64,000 bases of DNA. It comes from an uncultured Alphaproteobacteria bacterium (GTDB lineage: Bacteria > Pseudomonadota > Alphaproteobacteria > RF32 > CAG-239). The DNA is taken from the NCBI GenBank assembly GCA_944392235.1, contig CALXVZ010000001.1:19059-83058 (forward strand), in the 5' to 3' direction. The notes under the pieces were generated by a model. The model saw only the letters and a list, made by a program, of their open reading frames with translations. It had not been told where the DNA came from and made no database searches. This document shows positions 56,218 to 64,000 of this stretch, in pieces (positions within the stretch are counted from its first letter, which is position 1; each line of letters starts with the position of its first letter). Both the position numbers and the translations under genes were made by a program.

Positions 56218-57918
56218 CTATTCTTGTGTGAATTCTTCCTGATTTTCTATCACGTCTATTTCATCTTCTTCCCAATGAACATGCATGGTTGTTACCGGTT
56301 TAATATCGGTTGCGTTTAATACGCGACGACGTATCTGCCCTCGTATAAAATCTTCCAACGCATTACGATTTGGTTTCTCCATTAATTTTTGTTCAATTAA
56401 TGGTTTTACTTGTTTCATTATCTCTTCATGCAGTAAATACCATTCATTCTCTTCCAAAATGTCTATAGAGCTAAATTCCAGAGATTTTAATTTATAATCC
56501 TTACTAATAACTGCTGATATGAATAATGTGCAATTAAACATTATCCGACGGCGATTTTTTATCAATTCGGAATTAAGAGGAACACTTCTTCCTCTATCTA
56601 TCCCCATTATATCTGCTACTATTTGTTCTATCATTTCTATTTTATTATCATGATATAAACAAATATCTCCGTTTTGGGCTGAGAAAACATCTTCTACACC
56701 ACAACTCTTTGCAAACTTTTTATGCTCTCTGATGAATTTTTTATCTCCATGAACAGGCAATACTATTTTCGGATTTAGCAATTCATACATTCCTTGTAAA
56801 TCTTTCTTACATGCGTGACCTGATGTGTGAACAAGATAATCTTCTTCTGTGACTAAATTAACACCTTTTGCTAATATTTTCTCTTGCAAACGCTCTATTT
56901 TATCTTCATTTCCCGGTATTACTTTTGATGAAAATATGACATTATCATCCGCACTTAATTTTATATATTTATTCTCATCATTAGCTATTAAAGTCATCGC
57001 GCTACGATAATTTGCTTGTGAGCCTGTGCATATATACAACGCTTTATCCGAGGTTATTCCGTCTACTTCATCTAGCGTGTGTAAATCTCCGTATTCCGTT
57101 AAATAACCGCATTCTTTAGCGATTTTAACATTTGTCACTAAGCTTCTTCCTGCGAGTATTGGCGTTCTTCCCGCGGCTTTTGCTGCTTGTATTAAACTTT
57201 CCAATCTCATGATATTTGATGCGAAGCATGTTGCTACTATTCCTCCTTGCATCTCTGGTATTAGTTTTAATAAATTTTCTCGCACATCTTCTTCGCTGGC
57301 TTGTGGCTCGTCTACCATTACATTTGTCGAATCGCACACAAAAATATCTACACCTTCTTTGGAGGCTCTCTCTAATGATGCAAAATCTGTCTTTACCATA
57401 GATAATTTGTTATCATCAAAACGCCAATCTGTCGCATGCATTATATTTCCATATGGTGTTTTGATAAATAATGCGGATGTCTCAGGTATTGAGTGAGCTA
57501 TTGGGATAAACTCTATCTCAAAATCTTCTAATTTTACTACTCGTTCCTTATTTACGGATACTAATGGAACTATATCTTGAAGCTTATATTCACTCAATCT
57601 CTCTTTCACTAACCCTAGTGAAAAATCTGTTCCATATACCGGACACTGTAATGTCGGCCATATCTGTGCTATTGCCCCCAAATGGTCTTCATGCCCATGG
57701 GTTATGAATAGCCCTAATATATCCTCTCGATAATTTTCAAGAAACTCCGGTGAAGCATAGCACATATCCATCCCCGGAAAATCATCATTCAAAAATCCAT
57801 ATCCCGCATCTACTACTATCAATTTACCATTAACGGCATAAACAAACATATTCATACCTATTTCATCGGCTCCGCCTAATGGTATAAAATATATCCCTTT
57901 TTTCTTAAAATCATTCAT
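56218..57918 (-). CDS. rnj: Ribonuclease J
   Basis: Beta-lactamase/beta-CASP: IPLGGADEIGMN, ITHGHEDHLGA, ...HTSGHA.... Start placed at MNDFKKKG (gagga upstream) to avoid overlapping birA. Confidence 0.85.
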   Translation of the reverse strand: MNDFKKKGIYFIPLGGADEIGMNMFVYAVNGKLIVVDAGYGFLNDDFPGMDMCYASPEFLENYREDILGLFITHGHEDHLGAIAQIWPTLQCPVYGTDFSLGLVKERLSEYKLQDIVPLVSVNKERVVKLEDFEIEFIPIAHSIPETSALFIKTPYGNIMHATDWRFDDNKLSMVKTDFASLERASKEGVDIFVCDSTNVMVDEPQASEEDVRENLLKLIPEMQGGIVATCFASNIMRLESLIQAAKAAGRTPILAGRSLVTNVKIAKECGYLTEYGDLHTLDEVDGITSDKALYICTGSQANYRSAMTLIANDENKYIKLSADDNVIFSSKVIPGNEDKIERLQEKILAKGVNLVTEEDYLVHTSGHACKKDLQGMYELLNPKIVLPVHGDKKFIREHKKFAKSCGVEDVFSAQNGDICLYHDNKIEMIEQIVADIMGIDRGRSVPLNSELIKNRRRIMFNCTLFISAVISKDYKLKSLEFSSIDILEENEWYLLHEEIMKQVKPLIEQKLMEKPNRNALEDFIRGQIRRRVLNATDIKPVTTMHVHWEEDEIDVIENQEEFTQE

Positions 57919-57934
57919 TCTTTCTTTTTCCTCT

Positions 57935-58663
57935 TTATATAAATAAATCTCCGGCAATGATTCTTTCTTCTCCTTCTTCTGTGCTTAATATCAAGTAACC
58001 ATTGTCGTCTATATCTTTAAATATTCCTCGCTTTATGCCTTTTTCTGCTTTTATTTTTATCTTTCCTTGGAAGTTCTTCGCCATTGATTTCCATTGCTCT
58101 TTTAACTCAGAGAATCCCTTATCTTGATATGCCTTCATATCTGTTGAAAATTGCTCTAGATAATATTGCATTAATTCTGTTCGGTCAAGATTTATCCCAC
58201 ATTCTCTTAATGATGTTGCTTTATATGGCGCTCCTTTCAAATTTGGAGATTCTTTCACATTTACTCCTATCCCTATTCCCCATAAATTCTCTCCGATGTT
58301 TTCTATTAAAATACCAGAAACTTTTTTGCCCTCCAGAAATACATCATTCGGCCATTTTATTTTTACATCCTTTTTACTATCTAATCTTTTTATAACTTTT
58401 GCCAAACTTAATCCAACAAGGCATACTATTCTGCTTAATTCATATGCAGGGGCTTCTTGACCGTATGTAAAATACAAATTTCCTTTTTTCTCTTGCCAAC
58501 TGCGACCTCGTCTTCCTCTACCTCCGGTTTGGCTTATCGCACTAATTACTATATCTTTTCCATATATCGGTAGCATCTCTTTTATTGTGTCATTTGTTGA
58601 AACAACACTTTCTGCTTCATACCATTCCCAATTGGCTATCTTTGCTTTATATACTAATGACAT
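57935..58663 (-). CDS. birA: Biotin--[acetyl-CoA-carboxylase] ligase (no HTH domain)
   Basis: QTGGRGRRGRSWQ and KWPNDV motifs. 242 aa. Confidence 0.88.
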   Translation of the reverse strand: MSLVYKAKIANWEWYEAESVVSTNDTIKEMLPIYGKDIVISAISQTGGRGRRGRSWQEKKGNLYFTYGQEAPAYELSRIVCLVGLSLAKVIKRLDSKKDVKIKWPNDVFLEGKKVSGILIENIGENLWGIGIGVNVKESPNLKGAPYKATSLRECGINLDRTELMQYYLEQFSTDMKAYQDKGFSELKEQWKSMAKNFQGKIKIKAEKGIKRGIFKDIDDNGYLILSTEEGEERIIAGDLFI

Positions 58664-60071
58664 AGAACATATCCTTCAATATTTCAAATAAACCCTGAGG
58701 GTTAAATGCTATTATCACTATGCAAATTACACTTAGCACTGTATATAGTATTACAAGCTTATTTTCACTATCATATGTCTTAACTTTATGTTCAAAATAT
58801 GCTGTCTTTACTATCTCTAAATATGATTTTGACAGAATTAATAAGAAAAATAGTATCACTCCTAAACTTATATAGCTCTCTTGTTTTAATAATTCCGATA
58901 CGACATTTAATTGACCTAAAAAACCAATTAATGGTGGTAAGCCTATAAATGAAAATAAACTTACCAATAATGCACCTGTTGTATATGACCTTGTTTCTGC
59001 AAGTCCAGATAGTGATGCAACTGATGATAAATATTCTCCATGACTTCTTAAACTATAAAATACAAGATAACAGCCATTTAAACTTAGTATATATACAAAC
59101 AAATATATAAATGCTGAAAAATCTATTGCTATGCTAAAAAATGATAATAGCATTAATACCACACCAAAATGATACATCGAACTATATGACAGTATTCTAT
59201 GTAAATTTATTCTTGCATTTGCACCCATTGCTCCAAATACTACCGATAGTAATGCAAAAATTTTATATACCTCAGATAATTCTTCTTTATATGCCGTCAT
59301 CAATTCTATGTTCAATTTTATAAAACATCCCCAAAACGCTACCGGTGCAATCAAGGCAAAGTAGTGACTAACTGGCAATATGCTTTTTCCTGTTTTATCT
59401 TCGGCTGTTATATGAAATGGGGCTATTCCTATTGAATATAAAAATGGTATCAATAAGCTTATTGCTGATAAATACAATTCTAGTGATTTGCGGTTACTAC
59501 TAAATAATTCCTTTACTTCTGTATATTCGACATTTCCATCTTGTAATTTGTTAATATACAAGAACCCTAATGCAAATATTATTATAATTATACCAGATAT
59601 TCCCACATATCGACTTGGAGCTTCGGACGGTATCTTCTCATAACTTATTCCCAACATGCGATAATGTATATATATAAGCAAAATATAGCTAAATAATAAT
59701 GATACTAAATTTATTGATGAAATTAATAATTTTATTCCAATCAATGCACTTAATAACAATACATAATATTTACATCCTGTTTTATTCTCTGTTACAAACC
59801 AAGTTGCTGATAAACTAATCATAATATAGGACAAGACACCTACTATTAAATTGAATAATAAGGTGTAGCTATCATTATCAAAATATAATGGACTAAAACT
59901 TTTACCTTGTGTCGCTACTTCCCAAAATAAAGACATGATTATCCAAAATTTAGCGGCTCGAGAATATACTTTTGCTGACTCATATGCCATTATGTATAAT
60001 AAAAACATATGAATTATTCCCGCTAACAAGGATACTTCAGGTAATGTATATATCATATTATGCAAAATCAT
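58647..60071 (-). CDS. nuoN: NuoN-like antiporter-type membrane subunit (divergent)
   Basis: 474 aa, about 14 TM, with the remnant signature GIAPFH. It sits directly upstream of birA-rnj, as in alphaproteobacterial nuo operons. See the first finding for the motif erosion. Confidence 0.6.
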   Translation of the reverse strand: MILHNMIYTLPEVSLLAGIIHMFLLYIMAYESAKVYSRAAKFWIIMSLFWEVATQGKSFSPLYFDNDSYTLLFNLIVGVLSYIMISLSATWFVTENKTGCKYYVLLLSALIGIKLLISSINLVSLLFSYILLIYIHYRMLGISYEKIPSEAPSRYVGISGIIIIIFALGFLYINKLQDGNVEYTEVKELFSSNRKSLELYLSAISLLIPFLYSIGIAPFHITAEDKTGKSILPVSHYFALIAPVAFWGCFIKLNIELMTAYKEELSEVYKIFALLSVVFGAMGANARINLHRILSYSSMYHFGVVLMLLSFFSIAIDFSAFIYLFVYILSLNGCYLVFYSLRSHGEYLSSVASLSGLAETRSYTTGALLVSLFSFIGLPPLIGFLGQLNVVSELLKQESYISLGVILFFLLILSKSYLEIVKTAYFEHKVKTYDSENKLVILYTVLSVICIVIIAFNPQGLFEILKDMFYVISI

Positions 60072-60080
60072 ATCTCTTCC

Positions 60081-61508
60081 TTAGTATACAAACCATAATG
60101 GTTTAAAAAATGATAAAAATAATATTATTAAACAACCTATGTAAACGATATAGTGCTTGGTGGATAAATCCCCTCCCATAATACATTCTGTTGCAGCACT
60201 ACTCTTATCTTTTAATTTATATAACTCCTCCAATAATGATAATGAAACGAGAAAAATTGATAATATAACCATTATACCCAATATCAAATTGTAATTAAAT
60301 ATCTCTGATATAATTATAAAGTTATTCCAGAATAATGACGTTACCGGTAAACCTATTCCGGCTAAAATAAATAAGGATAAGCACTTTGATGCTCTTGGCA
60401 TATAACATAATATGCCTCCTGTTCCATATATGCCTAACTCTTTTTTCTGATGTTCAATGTGGCTAATCAAAAATGATAGAATTGTTATTATTATAATATA
60501 TGAATATAGAGAATACCCTATATTTAATTTTAATACATCCGTTGGTAAGAAAATACTTGTCAAGTATACTAAATAATATACTGTTGTATAGGCAAATAAT
60601 TTATATCTCATATCCTTATGGCTTAAACTTACCAATGCTATAAATAACATTGTAATAATGCATATTATTTCAAATATCGGGGCATGTATAGCTATAGTTT
60701 CTGGAACGGTATTGGGCCAGAACCTTATAAATCCATATAGACCTATTAATGGTATTAAATTTCCAACTAGAAATACTAATGGATTTTTTAAACTCGAATT
60801 TATAGAGGATATCCAATAATGGAATGGCCATATTGGTAAACGTGATATAAAAGCAAAAAAGATACTTAACCATACAAAATATTCTGTTCCGCCTTTGAAA
60901 TTTATTTTTCCTGCTTCACTTAATAAGACATCTCCTTTTTGGGCTTCACACATCATTATTATTGATACCAACAATAGTAATGCACCTATTAAATTGTATA
61001 TGCTAAAACGTATCAATACCGTTTTCTTACGTTGGCTGCCGTATGTACTTATTAATATTATCAGCGGCGTTCCTGATGATACAAAAAATATGTAAAACGA
61101 TAGGACATCTGCTGCTATAAAATATCCATTACATAATCCGATGAACAATAATTCCGATGCAATCAATGTTTTTGCTCGTTCCGTTTTTCGATATAAGCAT
61201 ATTTCCGCAACTAAAAATGATAAATTTACACTTAATATAATTAATAGTGAAAATATATCGACTCCTAAATATATTTCGACTTTCGGATAATCTACCCAAT
61301 GGAAACTTTCTACCAATTGTAGACCGCTTTCTTCTAAATTGCATTGGGAGAATATATACAAAATTAAACTTACATTCGCCAATAAACTTAATATTGAAAC
61401 GTTAAATATATTTGATACAGCATAATTTTTATCATATTTTGCTGTTAATGTAAAAATTGATCCAATTAAAGGAATTAAAATAAGTCCTAATAGTTGATAT
61501 GAACTCAC
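60081..61508 (-). CDS. nuoM: NuoM-like antiporter-type membrane subunit (divergent)
   Basis: 475 aa, polytopic. The region FAFISRLPIWPFHYWISS parallels canonical ...AVKMPxxPLHxWLPDAH.... Confidence 0.6.
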   Translation of the reverse strand: MSSYQLLGLILIPLIGSIFTLTAKYDKNYAVSNIFNVSILSLLANVSLILYIFSQCNLEESGLQLVESFHWVDYPKVEIYLGVDIFSLLIILSVNLSFLVAEICLYRKTERAKTLIASELLFIGLCNGYFIAADVLSFYIFFVSSGTPLIILISTYGSQRKKTVLIRFSIYNLIGALLLLVSIIMMCEAQKGDVLLSEAGKINFKGGTEYFVWLSIFFAFISRLPIWPFHYWISSINSSLKNPLVFLVGNLIPLIGLYGFIRFWPNTVPETIAIHAPIFEIICIITMLFIALVSLSHKDMRYKLFAYTTVYYLVYLTSIFLPTDVLKLNIGYSLYSYIIIITILSFLISHIEHQKKELGIYGTGGILCYMPRASKCLSLFILAGIGLPVTSLFWNNFIIISEIFNYNLILGIMVILSIFLVSLSLLEELYKLKDKSSAATECIMGGDLSTKHYIVYIGCLIILFLSFFKPLWFVY

Positions 61509-63178
61509 TACATTTGCCTCCTATAATATGATGCTATGAAACATAGTATTCCTGCAATTATGAATAGGAAGTATGTTATGTAATTTTTTTGATTTATCTT
61601 GAAAAATAATGATATTCCTATCTTATGCATACCATTTAGACTCGTCGTAATGATTTTTTCTGAAAAGATGAAATCAACCATCAACCAAAGTGTTCTGCTT
61701 ATATACATAAATGGCGTTACTAATGTATATAAGAAAAAACTTTTACTTATATCTTCTTTTTGTAACCACTCAATTTCATATATTTTGCGGAGACTTGTTA
61801 TAAATGGAGCCTTTATTATGAGTAGCAATATTATAATAAACATCCAATTATACATGGAATAAGCTCCAATTTCGGCATTAGCATACAACAATATACTTAC
61901 GGTTGCTAAAAAAGATATTGGACGCAAAGAGTTGGGTGATAATTTTTCTAATCTTCTGGAATGAGGTGAGCTATATATATGATTCAATATGACTGCAATT
62001 GAAAATAGTATTGCTAAACCATATACAAAAACTAATTCTTTATTTTCTTCCGCTGATATTTCGAATATTAGTGTTATAAAAATATTAAAAATTAATATGA
62101 ACTGCAGTAATGTTGCCTTTAACATCAGAGAATTAGTTTCTTTACTATTTAGCATTAAACTTACTTTGTTTTCATTGTTCTGATACAGATATATTTTTAA
62201 GAACAACAAATTTATAAAATAAGCAACTCCATAGTAAAATGAATAAGACCAATCCCAGTGAAAATCAGAGTTTGCCAACATAATTAATAGTAAACCGATA
62301 AAGCTCATATTTAAGTAGATGAGTTTCTTTTTAATATTATCTGTACATATTGCATTACCTATCCCATATAAAATTGTTAGAAAACTTACCACTTTCAATA
62401 TTGGGTATACGAAATCTGATACAATCAATAATCCATGTAATTTTAGAGCCATCAGAACCCCCGCCAATGGGGCATATAGCATATTTACTGCACTCATTCT
62501 CTGAAATTTTGCTGAATTCAAATCTACGATATAGCTATGAAACATAAAACTTCCGGCTTTAATTAATACAACAAATAATAATATCAATCCCACAAAGTCT
62601 TTATGATGTCCTATTTTTAAATATTGGGGAATATCTGATATTGCCAGACTTTCCAAACGCCCACTTACTAAGGTTAATACCATGTATAAGCACATATCTG
62701 CAAAAAAATTATATACCACATATCGGTGTGACGAATCGACATCTTTTAACAACAAATAACCTAAAATGTCTATTGTAAATATCGCTGTAGTCAATTGAAC
62801 ATAATTCTTAGAACATATTAACAAGCTTAATGAAACTAAATTTAAGAGAATATATGAATTAAATGCACTCTTTTTTTCTTCATACCTGTATATATTATTA
62901 TATAGAATCGTCATTAACGATATAAAAAATAGAGGCAAGATAAGTCTACACTCCATAGGACTTGGCTTAAAATCTATTGTTATATCGCCTATTTTCGATG
63001 TACTCCATAGAAAAGAGAAACCTCCTTCCTTAAAATTAACTGCTTCCATTGCAAAATCAATAAACAGCAAGACTCCAACAAAGAGCATTATCCATGACAT
63101 TAGTCTGTCATATTTCATTCTTTGTTTTATAAGCCCTATACAGCTTATCAACACTAAACAAGCTATTATATTTATCAT
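61508..63178 (-). CDS. nuoL: NuoL-like antiporter-type membrane subunit (divergent, lateral-helix region retained)
   Basis: 556 aa. LIKAGSFMFHSYIVD parallels GKSAQFPLHTWLPDA. The C-terminal ...FLYTLVTPFMYISRTLWLMVDFIFSEKIITTSLNG..., followed by one last TM, resembles the NuoL lateral helix plus anchor. Confidence 0.6.
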   Translation of the reverse strand: MINIIACLVLISCIGLIKQRMKYDRLMSWIMLFVGVLLFIDFAMEAVNFKEGGFSFLWSTSKIGDITIDFKPSPMECRLILPLFFISLMTILYNNIYRYEEKKSAFNSYILLNLVSLSLLICSKNYVQLTTAIFTIDILGYLLLKDVDSSHRYVVYNFFADMCLYMVLTLVSGRLESLAISDIPQYLKIGHHKDFVGLILLFVVLIKAGSFMFHSYIVDLNSAKFQRMSAVNMLYAPLAGVLMALKLHGLLIVSDFVYPILKVVSFLTILYGIGNAICTDNIKKKLIYLNMSFIGLLLIMLANSDFHWDWSYSFYYGVAYFINLLFLKIYLYQNNENKVSLMLNSKETNSLMLKATLLQFILIFNIFITLIFEISAEENKELVFVYGLAILFSIAVILNHIYSSPHSRRLEKLSPNSLRPISFLATVSILLYANAEIGAYSMYNWMFIIILLLIIKAPFITSLRKIYEIEWLQKEDISKSFFLYTLVTPFMYISRTLWLMVDFIFSEKIITTSLNGMHKIGISLFFKINQKNYITYFLFIIAGILCFIASYYRRQM

Positions 63179-63237
63179 ATCTTCTCCATATCTCTACCTA
63201 CAGAATCTGTAGCGATTTTGAGTTTATAGGAAAGATA

Positions 63238-63555
63238 TTACTTTATCAAGGATTTTACATCTTTTACTATACGAACGGGAACTTCATATTCTCGAGCAAC
63301 ATCTTCTTTCTCAACTTCTACTATAAGCATTGAGCTGACTGATTTCAGAGGTATTCTTGCATCTTTGGCAATACTCTCAAAGATAACAGCACTATCTTTT
63401 GTGCGATATAATAAAGCTGTTTCACCACCATCATACACAAAGCGAGGATTTTCCGGCCCCCCTGCTCTTGAATTTATAATTATTAAGATATCCCCTGCTT
63501 CATTTTGTAGAATATCATATCTGCTTTCTTGATCTATTTCTTTAATTGTAGACAT
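63238..63555 (-). CDS. Hypothetical soluble 105-aa protein upstream of the NuoL-like gene
   Basis: Clean ORF on the same strand, 59 nt from the NuoL-like start. It has no hydrophobic segments, so it is not NuoK/J. No family was recognised. Confidence 0.5.
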   Translation of the reverse strand: MSTIKEIDQESRYDILQNEAGDILIIINSRAGGPENPRFVYDGGETALLYRTKDSAVIFESIAKDARIPLKSVSSMLIVEVEKEDVAREYEVPVRIVKDVKSLIK

Positions 63556-63706
63556 TCTTCCCTCATTTAAATACTTGTTATTCTATTGTTTGTTATTAGT
63601 ATTAACATAAAAAAGTTAATAAATAAATAGCTAAATGAAAAAAAATTTAATTTTTTTATTGACTATCTAAAAATTATCATTTATATACCCTTCTCAGTGA
63701 TGGTGA

Positions 63707-63782
63707 GGGCCCGTAGCTCAGTCGGTAGAGCATTTGACTTTTAATCAAAGGGTCATGGGTTCGAATCCCGTCGGGCTCACCA
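63707..63782 (+). tRNA. tRNA-Lys (anticodon TTT), encoded CCA
   Basis: Hand-folded. Acceptor gggcccg / cgggctc (one G-U pair), D-arm tagctcagtcggtagagc, anticodon stem tttga / tcaaa with loop cTTTTaa, T-arm catgggttcgaatcccgtc, 3' aCCA. Confidence 0.9.
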
Positions 63783-63787
63783 ATTTG

Positions 63788-63819
63788 AAAAGAGGAAGCA
63801 TATACTTCCTCTTTTTTTC
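63788..63819 (+). terminator. Intrinsic terminator after tRNA-Lys
   Basis: agaggaag catata cttcctct plus a T-run (T7). Confidence 0.75.
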
Positions 63820-64000
63820 GTTTTAAATCCTTATTAACAAGCCCTTTATTCCGTGCCGATTTGCCAAGTGCGCTGGTAACTGCGTTGGAAATCATCGAAA
63901 GAGATTTTCAGTCTTTGGGTAGAAAAACGCCCAAATCTATACTTTTACCGGAAACCTCTCTTTTTTTAGTTACCATTTACCAGCTTATTGTAAAACAATA

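Noticed and set aside
58647-63178. The three antiporter-like genes as an Mrp (MnhA/D) Na+/H+ antiporter or a hydrogenase-associated module.
   Set aside because: There are no small MrpC/E/F/G-type genes or hydrogenase genes adjacent. The L-M-N order, followed by birA-rnj, and the NuoL-type C-terminal lateral-helix region fit a complex I origin better. This is still unverified without profile searches.
63677-63895. 72-aa minus-strand ORF.
   Set aside because: It runs straight through the tRNA-Lys gene and its terminator, so it is an artefact.
1-64000. CRISPR arrays, rRNA operons, intact IS elements, integrases, and prophage or toxin-antitoxin modules.
   Set aside because: I scanned the intergenic regions and the ORF translations. 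I found no regularly spaced repeats, no rRNA-like segments, and no recombinase, transposase (other than the relic), phage structural or small paired TA-like ORFs.

Overview
By eye this is a very AT-rich, gene-dense bacterial chromosome segment. It is mostly housekeeping core genome, with several small accessory islets.

Lineage (inference): the gene content and order point to an alphaproteobacterium, probably uncultured or host-associated. The supporting signals are:
- the blocks pyrG-secG-tpiA / ppiD-fmt-tRNA-Leu-tig, ffh-rpsP-rimM-trmD-rplS, rpoH-prmC-DUF4167 and rpsB-tsf
- a short 662-aa ParE
- a 17-kDa-antigen-type glycine-zipper lipoprotein
- the order nuoL-nuoM-nuoN-birA-RNase J

RNA genes, repeats and mobile elements:
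- Three tRNAs can be folded by hand: Leu-TAG, Pro-CGG and Lys-TTT.
- I saw no rRNA, no CRISPR array and no intact mobile element.
- The only mobile-element trace is a decayed IS200-type tnpA relic.

The parts I consider most worth a second look:
1. A stand-alone NuoL/M/N-like trio. It has no other complex I genes next to it, its signature charged-residue motifs look eroded, and it is preceded by an unknown soluble 105-aa ORF.
2. An MFS transporter tightly linked to three tandem CgeB-like (Glyco_trans_1_2-like) modules that carry export signals.
3. A 387-aa protein built from three ~110-aa repeats of an unrecognised domain, next to a membrane-anchored SAM methyltransferase with a poly-lysine tail.
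4. Two paralogous CobB-type sirtuins 2.5 kb apart.
5. Several translationally coupled operons that join unknown proteins to housekeeping genes.

Limits: all family assignments come from reading the ORF translations and recalling family motifs. No database search or alignment was run.
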